Source of the DNA: the human T2T-CHM13v2.0 reference genome, Homo sapiens
Reading direction: 5' to 3' (one strand)
DNA: 64,000 bases
Assembly (NCBI RefSeq): GCF_009914755.1
Contig: NC_060927.1
Every line of letters starts with the position of its first letter. Within the stretch, counting starts at the first letter, position 1. The position numbers and the translations under genes are program-made. This document shows positions 39,241 to 54,698 of this stretch, in pieces. Under the pieces are notes generated by a model, which was not told the DNA's origin, did no database searches, and saw only the letters and a program-made list of their open reading frames with translations.

Positions 39241-40479
39241 ACTCATAGACAAGAAACTATGGAAAGAGAGTGAGAAAAGAATTAAGTTTTTAATGCTTAA
39301 ATGTCAGACTCAGGCCCAACTTTATTGATAATAAAGCAAAGGACAGAGGTATTTCAGATAACGTGCATTACCAACAAAATGTAAAAGTTCAGTTTTAATA
39401 TGACCCTTTCTAACTTAAATTTTATTTTTTAAAAAGCCTCACAACTATATTCACCTTAGATGGTGTGTGTGTGCATGTGTGTCTTAGAAGGAAAGCCTTC
39501 ACAATTCACAGATTCTAACGTTATTTGAGGTTACCTGGGTATAGTGTAAAGCAACATAAAAGAATCCTTGACTTAAAGTTATCATTTCTAGTCACAGCTC
39601 TATCAATCCATTGGTGACTTTGGAATAATCATTTTTCTCTCCTGGCGTCATCTTCCTTATTCATAAAATGAGGCTGGGTTTGATTTTAAGATGTGTTTTC
39701 TTTCTTTTAGTAAATTCCATACAGCAAATGAAATCTCAGGGAAAATAAGCAATATTAAAAGCAAACTTTTTGAAAGAGCTTAAGCTTGCCCATGAAAAAG
39801 GATTACCCTTTATTCTTTCAAAGATCACATAACACATGAGAATATGAAGTCCAGCCCTGAAGCCCTGCAAAGGGAAGAGAAATGGGCTACCCAAAGATGG
39901 TGCTTTGGAAGGATTGCTTATACCTGGAAAGTCTAGGAAAATTATGTAGCAATGAACTTAGTTCTACCTCAGAATATATATTTGATTTGGAAAAATGAAA
40001 TAACATACACATAAATTATTTCTAAATAGAATATACTCTCTATCAGAAAAAAGGATTTCTGACAATCTTCTCTCTACCTGGTCACCAGAGGAGACTCCTT
40101 TCTGTAATTTAGTCTACTCTACCCTAGTCATGAACACAACCTTAAGTCTAGAGAAGCTCTAGGCCTCTAAGAAAAAACTATAATAGTAGTGACTCTGCCC
40201 TTCTGTTCTTTTTATTCATTTCCCGCAACTTTATCCTTTTAACAATCCTGTGAGATAAGCAGAATATACATTATTGCACACATCGTATAATTTGTGAAAT
40301 GACTTCTGGAGAAATCAGAAGGCTTGTTCAAGTATATGCAGCAAAGGAACGTCAAAGCTAGGACTAGGATTCTTTCCACAGGGGTCACAGACTCAAATTC
40401 AGTGTACATCACAATCACCCAGAGAGACTTAAAATTTAGATTTTGGTGTTCTCTGTCAGAGGTCTGGGGATGGGCTCAG

Positions 40480-40932
40480 AAATAAGCCAGGCAGAGAGAG
40501 ACAAATATCATCTGATCTCACTCATATATGGAATCTAAAAAAAGTTGATTTCATAGAATCAACTCATAGAAGTAGAGTGTAGAATGGAGGTTACCAGAGG
40601 CTGAGTCAGGGAGGGGCAGGAAGGGAAAGGGGACAGGTGGGTCAAAGGGTGAGAAGTGACCTTTAGACAGGAGGAATAAGTTCTGGGATTCATTTGGACA
40701 GTAGAGGGATTATACTCAATGATAATGTATTGTATATTTCAAAGGAGCTGGAAGAGAAGATTTTGAATGCTCTCACCACAGACAAATGATAGATTTTTGA
40801 GGTAATGAATATGCTCATTACTCTGATTTGATCATTACAAAATGCATACATGTATGAAAACATCACATTACTCCCTATAAATATGTGCAATCATTATTTG
40901 TCAATTAAAAATAAATAAAACTCAAAAAAAAA
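40480..40932 (+). mobile_element. L1MA 3'-end fragment
   Basis: aaataagccaggcagagagagacaaatatcatctgatctcactcatatatggaatct ... tgtcaattaaaaataaataaaa. Confidence 0.85.
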
Positions 40933-41089
40933 GAAACACATTCTTTCAGCAAATATACCATGTAATTCTAAAGCACAGCCTAATTTTGAAAAACACCAAC
41001 AGGCACAAGCGCGCACACATGCACACACACACACAAACACACACATATTACGGAAGGACAGCCAACAAACACAGCCCACAACCATTATT

Positions 41090-41392
<303 letters not shown>

Positions 41393-42392
41393 AGCCATTA
41401 TTCTTGACACAGGACTGAACTACTTAAAAGTGAAGGATGTTTCCCAACAAAGGGTCGAGATTTTAGTTCACATCCATTATGTTTTCTGGAACTAATATGA
41501 TATTAATTCAGATGCTAAAAGCAATCATTTAAAACACATTTCCTAGGTTGCATCATAGGAAGACACTTGTCAGTATGCAATTCTATCAGAAATGTGTGCA
41601 TGACAATCATTTGAATTCATTAATACTGTTTCTCCATTGATTTAGACATATTAATTAGGACAAAGCCCACACCAGGAGTTGAACCCCTGATCTATATGTA
41701 CAGTTTAATAATCATTGTACCGTAGTGATCAGAATGATTATGGGGATACTGTGAAAAATTCATTTGCTGCCGCTAAGCCAACAACTTTGAATTTGTGTTG
41801 AAAAACAATTACTGAGCTTAATTAGGAGCATGTAATGATGACAGCGGTTATTTCAGTGATTGATTCCAAAATTAAAAGGAGCTGGCAAACTAAATATGGT
41901 ATATCCTATGCTTTGAAAACGATAGGGAACATGGAAGTCTAAAGAGCAAATTATCAAAAACTATATTAGAGTGCTGGCAAGGAGAATATTGGTGTCTTGA
42001 GACAGGCCTAAAGAAAGAAAAGTTTTGAAGGGTTTTATTATTGTTTTTTTTTTTTTTCACTTTTTTCTTACCCTAATATTGAAAACGAGCAGTCTCTACA
42101 AATTCCTCTAGAAAAAAATGATCGCAGAAAATCTAGGCAAATGAAATGTACTCTTTAACTGCTGTCTTTCAACTTCCAGGTGTGCAGGAAATGGCTAAAT
42201 AATTTCAAAGTTAACAGAGTTGGTTCAAAACCTTTGATTGATTTGACATCTGATCCATCACATCTCATCTTTAACATGGTAGAGGATTACCTAAATTCAT
42301 ATTTCTTTTCTACTTTGGTAGGCATTTGTCAGATTCTCCCCATGGGATGTTTGAAGACGCGCCCGAAGAAGTCAATGACATTTGAATTAATT

Positions 42393-42522
42393 CTGTATTT
42401 TTAGTAGAGGCGGGGTTTTGCCATGTTGCCCAGGCTCGTCTCAAACTCCTGGCCTCAAGCTATCTGCCCACCACGGCCTCCCAAAGTGCTGGGATTACAG
42501 GCATGAGTTTCTGCACCCAACC
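42393..42522 (-). mobile_element. Alu left monomer (FLAM_C-like) with TSD
   Basis: Flanked by tttgaattaatt at about 42381-42392 and 42525-42536; ends at the linker with almost no A tail. Confidence 0.85.
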
Positions 42523-42707
42523 TCTTTGAATTAATTATGTAAAATGTCATTTTTTAAAAAATTAACCACTCCCACCAAAATATTTTTAATATGATTTTGG
42601 TATAAAGGGGAGAATCATAGCAAAGCTGGCATAAACCCTAAAAAACACAGTTTGGAAACTGGCTATATTCCATAGGAAAAGATCATTCACTTGTTTTCCT
42701 AGATGAC

Positions 42708-43192
42708 TGTGATGGGGTTCAGGACATACCACCTCAAAATATGGCACCTTGGCATTTGAGAAAATAGCAGAAGCAGGAAGATCATTCTCACCTTCCCCTC
42801 ACTCTTCTTCTCTGAAGCAGGTCATAAAACCTTTATTCCAGAGGTATCATTTCTATATCCAGAGGAAAGAAACACCCTTTTCCTCCTCAAAGACACAGAG
42901 AAATCAAGAAGAATTGGAACAAAAGGCCTTGCTAACTTCCCGCCAGTTTCTTACCATTAGATCATACCCTCTTTTTACAATCATACTTCTGCAGGACTGT
43001 CTACTCTTCATCAAAACTAGCATTAAAAACACACAGGTTTTCCTGTTTTTTAGGATTTTTTTTCTGAAGGCTTTCATGTCATGGAATATTTATATTAAAT
43101 AAAATTATATGTTTTTCTGTTATTAATCTTCCTTTCCTTTTAGAGACCTCAGCCATGAACTTAGCAATGAGTGAGAAAAGATATTTTTCTAC
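42708..43192 (+). mobile_element. ERV1-class solo LTR (MER34/MER39-group-like)
   Basis: tgtgatggggttcaggacataccacctcaaaatatggcaccttggcatttgagaaaatagcagaagcagg ... ttaaataaaatt ... ttttctaca. Confidence 0.7.
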
Positions 43193-44161
43193 ATGCACAA
43201 CTGTTTGTCATTATTCAATAGTTTTAAGTGTTTATTTTAAAAAATGGTCTATGTGACTATACACAGCCTGTGCCCTAGGAATGTATCTCATTAGATATAT
43301 ACGATTCATGCTTCAAAATATTTGGGGATTTTGATGGAGTTGGGAGTTTCAAGGTAGGAAAAGTGAGTCTGGTTAGAGATAATAATCAGGTATTCATTTG
43401 TCTTAAAAATGACCAAATAAAATTTCTAAAACTAGTTATGAATCTTTGAAAGTAAATATAACTCTAAGACTCTTCAGCTAGTTAATTCATGTACTAAAGA
43501 ATTGTTGACTAATAGCTAAGCCAAGAGAATTTTTGCTTCTCAAAATAAAAACCTCTCAAACAGCATTTGCTTTGCTAAAGTATAATTTTAGTTTGGCATT
43601 TCTAAGTACCATTGAAATATTTTCAACATGATTAATTTTCCAAGTAACATACTAACAGAGGTAATCATGTTCTAAAGTAGTCAGGTTATTATTGTTTTGT
43701 TATCAGCCCTGAATTGGCGTTGTAAAATTATGCTTGCCGCTTTCAATATACGCTTCTTGAATTCCTATCTTTAAATCATTTTGACATTCAATTTTGTGCT
43801 ACCAGTTGTGGATGTTCAGGTAAGGTATATGTTATTTGAAAAGTCACTAAAGGAATAGGTTGGCCAGTATTATTGACTGACTGTCTAATTTTTATTTCTC
43901 ATGTTGAGAGTTCTGTTTCCTCTTTGTATACATTTGGGTGAATGTAACTTATAAAGAGTACATCTTTCAAATAATCTAGTTACTGATCTCACCAAACCCA
44001 CCAAGACAGCTACCTTTGGTAAAACTGGTAGGATTACCTCCACATGTAATCATGTTTTTTGGTGTTTTTTATAGTTGCAGGAATTAGAACTACATGTTTT
44101 TTAAGACAAAGATTGATTGACTCTGTATATTATAAGCACTTTATTTTTTTTTTCCTTGAAG

Positions 44162-44337
44162 GTGGAAGCAAAATGGCACAGACATTGATTTTACTATGAG
44201 TTATCACTACAGGTTGGATGGAGGCAGTCTTGCAATCAATAGCCCCCACACAGATCAAGATATTGGCATGTACCAGTGCCTGGCCACCAATCTTCTGGGG
44301 ACAATTCTGAGTCGGAAGGCAAAGCTCCAATTTGCAT
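44162..44337 (+). CDS. CNTN6: Contactin-6 internal coding exon (exon 4 by recall), 176 bp; C-terminal half of Ig-like domain 1
   Basis: Acceptor tttttttttccttgaag|G and donor GCAT|gtgagt. Continues the previous exon in frame (AG+G = Arg): [58 protein letters not shown], with the Ig W and DxGxYxC motifs. Confidence 0.97.
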
Positions 44338-46959
44338 GTGAGTTTGGGGTAAATTTTGTAATCTTTGTCTCTGAAAATATAATATTCTTCTGATACACAC
44401 ATTTTAAAAATCTAGCTTTGCCAATGATATATTTGAGAATGAATATGACTTTATGGGCTTTTGACAATGTTCATTTTGTGAATCTAGATTCTTGGGTATA
44501 ATAGAAACCTGCTTCTAAAAAAAGAATAAAAAAAACAGGGAAAAGATCAATGTTATTATATTTTGTGAATTATTTTTAGAAACATTTCTAAAAGTTTCAG
44601 ACATAAATATTAAGATAAAGATGTATGATATAGCATTCTTTTTCTTTTTCTTTTGCATTGGATATTAATGCAATGTGGAGAGCACAGGAAGAAAAAGCTG
44701 AGGGCAGAGAGGTCATCTGGGGGAGGTGGGCGTTCTCCCAAGAAAAGCGATCATGCACCCGTAGTTTGATGTAGGTGGAAATAAAGTGGTTGCCAAAGGC
44801 AGGCTTTATATTAACTGTAACAATGTCCAGCTGCATCACATAAATGTCATCCAAGTAATTACCCTGGTGACATTTGGGGACATTAGCAGATGAACAATAG
44901 ACATACTGCGTCTAATATCCTTTATATATAGTGTTTCCAGGGACTGAAATGTTTCATACTGGATTCAGCAAAAGCCTTGCTTGAGAGTAATTATATCTGT
45001 TGATGTGGATAAAGTAGAAGGCTTGCATTTCTCCCTTTGCACCAACCATTATGTCCCAGAGGATCTAGCCAAGGAACCAAAAAGTGAGCTGCTATACCTG
45101 CAGGGCTCATAGAAATGTCTATACTGTCTGTTACTTTGAAAAAGTAATTGTTCTGAAATTTTATTAACAAATACATGACCAAAACTCACCTTGTGAAACT
45201 ACTTCAGTCATCAGTAGATACATGAATTAATAACTGGGTCTGTTTCTCATTGCAAGTCTTGTGTTCCAAAGATTATTCTACACCAGAGATCCCTTGATCT
45301 ACACAGAGTTCTCTTTATGTTGACCATTTTGGGGATGGCCTTGCTTCTGATTTTACATACACCACATACACATACACACATGCACACACATATACATATA
45401 TACAGATATACACACATAAATATGTTGCTAACTGTATCCAAATGTATTTGTATCTATGGAAGTAAGAAGTGAACGTGGAAGTTTATTAACCTAAATAGAA
45501 GGTGGGAAAGGGCCAGTGGCTACTTTCGAACATAGGATAAAAATATTTATAACACTTGATTTCTTCATTTCAGCTAAGACTATCACCTGGAAAAATAATA
45601 GGGAACAAAATAACATAAAAACTTATGTTATAGAAATAAAGAATTGTTCCAGACTTTGAACGATTCTGCCACAGTAATTGTTTATTTCTCCTGCTTGGAT
45701 AGGAGATGACCCTACAACATACACATGATATGAATCAGATTCCATAATCATAAATTTGACTCTTTGGTAAAGGAAACTCCATACAGCATATTTATTTGCT
45801 ATACCCTCGAGTTTCTCTACAGTTATGATTCTATCTACTCTCGAAAACAGTTGAATGTCTACATCTCAAATCAATGCACTCTTTGATATAACCATAGATT
45901 TCTTCTCCTTTGTTCTGTACTTTTTAACAAAAATATGTTTTAAAATGTCCTACATTATTATATCATACCTTCTTTCTGCTTTAAAAATTTCTTGCAACGA
46001 GAAGTTTCTCTAGTTAAAACTTATTTTGTTTATGCCATATCAGAATAAAAGTCTCAATTAAGAAGAAATTATATGCTTTCATCTGGCTAAATGGGACAAA
46101 TCAATTTTTCTGTCCTTATTGACTTTCCCATCTTATCATAAAATTTTCCATTTTGGGGCAGAAGGTGTATGACTGTTGATCTTGAAAAGCATTTCTATTA
46201 CCTTTAATGCAGAAAGTAAGATGGCCTATATCCATTAACTAATCTTTCTTCTGCAAAGTTAAAGGATCTTAGGCTCTAAGAGCTTGCAAAAGCAAGGACC
46301 ACAACATGGTGGTGGTGTCATGTCTGAAATATTTCTCATTGTATCCGGGGAGACATGTGCGAGAGTGTGGAAACAGAGAGTAAAGGGTATAAATGCCAGT
46401 CCCCAACCAAATGGAAAGTTCCTAAAGTGCATGAACTGTACCTTCATCTTAATTATAATTCCTCACAACCTCCTTCATAAATTTTTAACAATATCAATTG
46501 TGATAGAAAAGGCCTTTGGTAGGATAACCACAGCAGATAAATGCTGAGATTTTGGGAAACAGAGAGGTGTGAGTTCAAATTCTTTTTGTCAAATATCTAG
46601 TGGTATGAAATTAGGTCTTTTCTTAACAACGTTAAGCTTCTGTTAAGAAATCTATACGATGAGGATACAGCAGTAGCCACCACATAGGACAGTGACATGG
46701 AGTCACTGAGAAAATGAAGGTCAAGTCCCTGATCCATTATGGACCCTAGGGAAATGACAGCTCTAATTCTTTCTTTCACTATTATTACCTATCTCAACTT
46801 AGACAGACATCTATATATTTCAAACCACTTGAGTTTCTTATGGAAACTCTCCTAGTTTAGTTTACATTTGAAAACTTCCTAAAGGCTAGTTTCTTGTTCT
46901 TTTGTTTTCATGTCAAATATAATACATGTGCTTTGACATATATTATTTCACTTGAATTG

Positions 46960-47115
46960 GACAACAGCTATAGGAGGCAGTTGCTATCATTGCCCCCATT
47001 TTACAGATTAGAAGCCTGAGGCTCACTGATATTGGGGCTTTCTTAAAGTATGTTGTTAGAGAAAAGTTGGAACTTGTGTATAGACAAAGAAGACTTCAGA
47101 CTCTAAAACTCATGC
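46960..47115 (-). mobile_element. MIR
   Basis: ccccattttacagattagaagcctgaggctca core. Confidence 0.7.
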
Positions 47116-47199
47116 ACTTCATGTCACAGTATTGAGTCCTTCTCAAACACTGACCACACAGTTCATGTGGGCCTTCTTTCTTTGTTTCACTTGCTGGCA

Positions 47200-47538
47200 C
47201 AGTAATTGTCTAAATAATAAACTGTATCTTCAGGACAGAATGGGTCAAATAAGCCTGGTAGTAGAGGCTGGTGATTCCTTGTCCACATCCGCTTTTGCAA
47301 GTGATGTGCCAACCCCCAGCTATGAATACCCACAGATATCCCTTTTTGCATTTCATGCCCCAAACCTCTCCATGGGATCAGGCTGAAACCAGACAACAGC
47401 TGCAACACCTTAATTAGCTTCTTCACTTGCTGTTTCCTTCTTCCCTCCCTGCCTTTCTCCTAAGAGGATATCCTCAATAAATCATATGCACTTGAATCCT
47501 TGCCTCAGGCTCTGCTTCTAAGGAATCCAAAGCGAGAC
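47200..47538 (+). mobile_element. ERVL LTR (LTR16-like) fragment
   Basis: 3' end caataaatcatatgcacttgaatccttgcctcaggctctgcttctaaggaatccaaagcgagaca. Confidence 0.65.
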
Positions 47539-48829
47539 AGAGATTAAACATTTAATATGAGATTGCCGATCTACTTACTGACAGAAAAAAGCGGGTGCAG
47601 AAGCCCCACTCCCATGAACTCCCATAGATAAGAACAAGCTATGCATCAGAATAAAAATGGATCAACTCCCTTGCTTCCTGTCCGTTGGCAGTCCATTGTA
47701 AAATGTCACTTTGACCTTCAGAATGAATGGCCTTATGAACAACCTTTCAGAATCTACCCTGTCCATGGCAGAAACGCTGCAGGGACATACCTCTAGATAA
47801 TTGATGGCTTTTGTTTGTCACTTTTATCCTGGTATTCAGTAATCCAAAAGCACACTTTGAGTTTATTTTAGACACAGACTGTAACACTCTGCTTCATTAT
47901 GAATCGTCTCATCATGAAACCATCCTGAAATGTGGCCTGTATATAAAAACTACCTGTTGTGAAACATACTCCTAAATCAAATCTGTCTTTAACCAACTAT
48001 GTAACTTAGACAAGTCATTCAGTTCTCTGGATTTAGCTAAAGTATATTTTGAATTATTTGATTACAAAAGTCTCTTTCAGCTATTGTCATATAATCTGTC
48101 CTTCCAAATACTCAGGTAGATCCTATTTTAAGTATCTCTTTCTTCCCCAACCCAAACTCTACCCTAAAACAAATTCAGCAGGAGTCTAGTCACCAAAGGC
48201 TTCTGTTATCATCCTGGCATTCTTGAATGATAAAACTAGTTTGACTTCCAAAATCACTTGTAGCTGCTTTCAATTTCTTTCATTTATCAAAGCTTTTGGT
48301 GGTAAAGGTTGAACTTAGACCTCTTCCTTTTGTATGTATGTATGTTAATGAATTACTCTGTACTTGTGTGAGAGAACATTGCATCTGTCATTGCTGTTTA
48401 AAATGTCATCCTTGAGAAAATGAGATAGGTGTTTTGAAAGAAACCCATGATATCACTCAGATGTAATTTTTAAATGCCCTTATAATATATAACTCTACCA
48501 ATGAAAAGATAAACATTTATGATAAAAGGTAGTCATGAATGGGGCTTTTTGGTCCTACATTATTTAATGTGTAATCACAGCTAGCATTTCAAATAAGTTT
48601 GCTCCATTATTGCAAAAGGAAAGGCAGCTGGGCTGGAGCCTCCTAATTGACCCTTCATTTATTCATCCTCCAAGCAACCGGAGAACACCTAATTTATACC
48701 CATCAAGTACTACACTAGGTCCTAAAGATTAAATGGTAGATAAGAAACAGCTACTTCCTGTCTCAACAGAACAGACAGGGGAAACCTTTAATAAAATTAA
48801 AAATAAGAAAAGGAAAATAAAGGAAAGTG

Positions 48830-49060
48830 CTAACGCCTACAAAGTATTATGTGGCAGGCATTGTTCCAAACTCTTTATGTAAATTAGCTCCATTGATCCT
48901 CACAATAACCCTCTGAGAGTATCATGATCTTCACTTTCAGATAAGCAGATTGAGGCACAGAAGAATGAACTAGCCTGCCTAAAATCACACACCGTATGTG
49001 GGAGAGTCTGTTTTCAAATCCAGACAGAGTGAAGAGTCCTACCACCTACTGCACTGTCCC
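48830..49060 (-). mobile_element. MIR
   Basis: atcctcacaataaccct...cactttcagataagcagattgaggcacaga. Confidence 0.7.
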
Positions 49061-49754
49061 AAAACATCAAGTGAAGTGAGAAAGGTGAAATTGACCTATA
49101 ACAGAGTGGAGCTCAAAGTGAGAAGTAGTGAAGTTTGTCTGAATTGGAGAAAAGGCAAGGGAAGCCTTTCAAAGGAAATGGGGCTTGCATTGAACCTTGA
49201 CATGTTAGTTTGTATTCTGGACAGAGAAAGTGGTAGAGAAAGTACAGGTCGGAAGAACAGTAAGAGGAAATGCAGATGTGTGAACAATCTTCAAGTATCG
49301 AAGAAAGTGTGGGGAGGTGGGCAAAAGACCTGAGAACTGAAATGCAGAAAGCTAGGGATCAGAAATGACTGGTTTTCTAGGTTGAGACTGAAAACTAATT
49401 TGGAGCCACTTAGAAGTAGTCCTTTATATCCGGGCCTAATCTGCAAACAATAGGATAATTTAGAGATATTATGAGATGCCAAAGAAACATGCAAAAATCC
49501 ATCATAGTACAATATTCCACACTCAGTATGACACTGTGTACGGTGTTAATTTATGGTTAAATGCCAGTATTGCCCATTTCATATAGGGTTACTATGAGGA
49601 CCAAATATATTATGTGGAAAGCAGAGGGCAAGGGCAACTGATAGACTGGTATGAGTTGAAGATGGTGAGCTAGGCAGGGGTCTGGCCATACAAATACTAA
49701 GAGGCCAAGTTTTGTATTTTACTGCTTATCCTAAGAGCAATGGAACCGTTCTGA

Positions 49755-50131
<377 letters not shown>

Positions 50132-53100
50132 TTAAATATGTTAGTCTGACATATTAATGATATTATTAATATTATCAAAACCATAGCACACATACTTAGG
50201 GGGCATCCCAAACCTCAGTTTTTATCATATACAATGGAGTGAACGAATTCTTGCACCACATCACAGGATTGATTTTAAATGGTTCAAGGTTAAAATGCAG
50301 TAAGAATGCATTTTAAAGGGCTATAAACATGTAGGCATTTACAATCATCATAGTTTTTTCCAGAGGAATGCAAAGGGTTTTACACCTGCCATGCCATTCA
50401 TCTTTATTCTATACCTGTAAGCTATTCTTAACCATGTTTTACAGGTGAAGACATTAAAAGGCAGGACAACTATGTTACTTGCCCAAGGTCAACTAACCTA
50501 CAGCAGACCCAGAATTTCTAACATTTCCTTCTTGAAACAACTTTTTAAATTTATATTTATTTTGTAGACAGAGGAAGTAAATCAGAATTCTCATGAATTT
50601 AATGCCATATTCAAAGAAAAACAAAAAAGGTAAAGTCGTAACATAAAGGTCTTTGACTCCTTGCAGAAGGATTCTAAGATATTTGTGTATTTAAAGGTGA
50701 TAAATATTTTTATTTCTATCTTTTGACCAGGGTCTTATAAGCAAGAACAAAACCCCTCACATTTAGAAATAAATTTTAAGAGTTTCCAAATTTCTTTAAA
50801 ATTCTTTCATATATAAGAAATATAAAAGCAGTTATATGTGCTCCCGATGATATGGTGATAAAGTGCATTTATATCAGAAAAAGAAATTAAGACCCAGCAG
50901 AAGAAGCTTTAAAAATAACACTTAAAAATGCTTTTGGAAATTGTAAAGTCTCCGATAATTGCGAAGTGCGTATTAAGTGGGTAATGCATACCTAATTATA
51001 AATGAAAATGCTAAATGGCTTTTAACCTTTTTTCTACATCAGAAAAGAACTGAACAAAAGCCATGAAGAAATATTTTTTCTTTAATTTCTTAAATTAAAA
51101 AAGTTGGTAAATTAGTATTGATTTTTTCAGTATCATTTGCAAATAGCATAAGCAATGTTACAATGGATTTAATATTCTCAATTTGTCTTAATGAAATAAC
51201 AGCATAACCACCAATTGTTATCATATCAAGGAGAAAACTTTGTCTTTGCTTTTAAAAATAATTCAGATCTTAAACAAATAGACTGTAAGCAGTTGCGTGG
51301 TTAAATTATAGCAAGCCACTGTTATATTTATATTTAAAATCAACAGGGAAGTAGATTATTCAATGCTTTAGCCTCATTTTTTCCCACACTATCGCTGCTG
51401 GAAATCTATTTATGTGTCTTATCAGAAATGGTACTTTTTCAAAATTCAGGCCTTCTCCCACTGCCTACTTCTACTTATATTCAGCAGGAGCTAGTCTTTT
51501 TAGTTCATTTGAATAAAATTGTGCAGGCTAAGAGTTGGGATGGGAGAGGAAAATATAAGAAAGTAGGGGATCCATTCTATCAAAACTGGGAGTTTCTGAT
51601 TTACAAAACTGAGACAGATGCACAAGCTGAAATGCTTGTTTATTACTCATGTTATTTGACAAACTGTTTCAAGGAATTTATGAACATAGCACATAGAGAT
51701 TTTGCTTCTAAGATTTATAAAATTGGTTCAAATTACAGTGACATTTTTTGCATTAAAGGATCAAATATTTCTATTGTTTATTTATATATAAATAAATATA
51801 TAATACATATAAAGAGCATTTATAAGTAATAATGTGTATATAATTATCTGAATTTATATCCAATATTGTCTAAAAAGTAAATCAGATTCAGGTGTTTAAA
51901 TAGCAAATACAGGAGAGAAGATGGCGGATAAGCAGCAAGACTAGCTTGCAGCTCCTGCTGGGAGGGATAGAGCAGCATGTGGAGACTCACATCATACTTT
52001 GCCCCAGAAACTACCCCAGGAACATACCAGGAAAGCCGAGAGAATCCACAAACCCTTTGAAAGAACTAGATCACCGCTGCAGGCTCCCTGAGATGCAGAA
52101 AAACTGTGAGTCTGCTTGCTTTCTCAATAGGGAGGCCGGTGGTCTGGGGCAGGTTCTCAGCCCTGGTCACTAGCTGTCTGGAAATAGACTCAGTGCTGCT
52201 GGGGGCGGGTGGGGCATGGTGGGAGTGAGACTGGCCTTTAGGACTCACGCTGTGTGGGGGTGGGGTGAGGCCTGTGACTGCGTTTTCCCTCACTTCCCTG
52301 GTGAACTGTATGACTCAGCAGAGGCAGCCATAATCCCCCTGGGAATATAACTCCATCGGACTGGGAACTGTACCCCCATCCCTCACAGCAGCTGCAGCAA
52401 GCCCCACCCAAGGAGAGGCTGAGCTCAGACACACCTTATCCCTATCCCAGTCTGGTGGTCTTTCTCTATGTGTCCTGGTAGCCAAAGACAAAAGTCATAA
52501 TGTCTTGAAAGCTCTATCGCCCTGCCCACCACCTGAGAAACCTGAATACTTTTGCATCCTCCGTATAGGACCACAGCTGATGCACTCCCGAAGCGCCATC
52601 TCCTGACTGGAGGCCAACCAACACAAAACCAGCGCTAAACAAAAATGCAACCAAGGACCCTCACAGAGTTCACTTCACTCCCCTACTACCTCCACCAGAG
52701 CAGGTGGTGGTATCCACAGCTGCAAGACCTAAAGATGGATCACATTACAGGACTCTGCAGACACTCCTCAGTATCAATCAGAGCCTGGTAGCTCCACTGG
52801 GTGCCAGATCCAGAAAAGCAAAGCAATCACTACAGTTCAGTTCTCAGGAAGCCCCATTCCTAGGGGAAGCGGGAGAACACCGAAACAAGGGAGCACCCCA
52901 TGGGACAAAAGACTCTGAAGAGCAGCCCTTGAATCCCAGATCTTCCCTCTGACATAATGTACCCGAATGAGAAGAAACCAGAGAGACAATAATGATAATA
53001 CGACAAAATAAGGTTCTTCAACTCCCCCAAAAGATTATGCCAGCTCACCTGCAATGGATCCAAGCCAAGATGAAACTTCTGAATTGCCAGGAAAATAATT

Positions 53101-53139
53101 CAGAAGGTTAATTATTAAGCTAATCAAGAAGGCACCAGA

Positions 53140-53559
<420 letters not shown>

Positions 53560-54698
53560 CTAGGACACAGAGTAATGTAAAATGCATTGGAAAGTCTAAG
53601 CAATAGAATCAAACAAGCAGAAGAAAGAACTTCAGAGCTCTAAGACAAGGCTTTCAAATTAACCCAGTCCATCAAAGACAAACAATAATAATAATAATAA
53701 TTCTTAAAAAATGAGCAAAGCTTCCAAGAAGTTTGAGACTACATTAAATACCCAAACCTAAGAATAATTGGTGTTCCCGAGGAAGAAGAGAAATCTAACA
53801 ATTTGGAAAATATGTCTGAGAGAATAATCCAGGAAAACTTCCTCAGCTTTGCTAGAGATCTAGACATCCAAATACAAGAAGCTCAAAGAACATATGGGAA
53901 ATTCATCACAAAAAGATAATCACCTAGGCATATAGTCATTAGGTTATCTAAAGTTGAGACAAAGGAAAGACTCTTAATAGCTATGAGACAAAAGCATCAG
54001 GTAACCTATAAAGGAAAACCTATCAGATTAACAGAAGATTTCTTAGCAGGAACCCTACAAGCTAAAAGGGATTGGGATTCTATTTTTAGCCTCCTTAAAC
54101 AAAACAACTGTTAGTCAAGAATTTTGTATCCAGTTAAAGTAAGCTTCATAAATGAAGGAAAGACACAGTCTTTTCCAGACAAATAAATGCTGGGAGAATT
54201 TGCCACTACCAAGCCAACACAAGAACAGCTAAAAAGAGCTCTAAATCTGAAACAAATCTTCAAAATACACAAAAATAGAACCTCCTTGAAGCACACATCT
54301 CACAGAACCTATATAACAATAACACAATGTTTAAAAAAAAAGAAAAGAAAACAGAAAACAAAACAAAAAAAAACCACAAGGTATTCAGGCAACAAAATAG
54401 CATGGTGAATAGAATAGTACCTCACATCTCAATACTAACATAGAAAGTGAATGGCCTAAATGCTTCACTTAAAAAATACGGAATGGCAGAATAAACGAGA
54501 ATTCTCCAATAAAGTCTCTGCTGTCTTCACGAGACTCAACTAACACAGAAGAACTCAAATTTACTTATAGTAAAGGGGTGGAAAAAGATATTCCGTGCAA
54601 ATGGACACCAAAAGCAAGCAGGAGTAGCTATTCTTCTATCAGACAAAACATACTTCAAAGCAACAGCAGTTTAAACAAACAAAGAGGGACATTATATA

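Noticed and set aside
44196-44393. 65-aa [13 protein letters not shown]... as a standalone gene
   Set aside because: It is the 3' part of the CNTN6 exon read through the donor at 44337 into intron.
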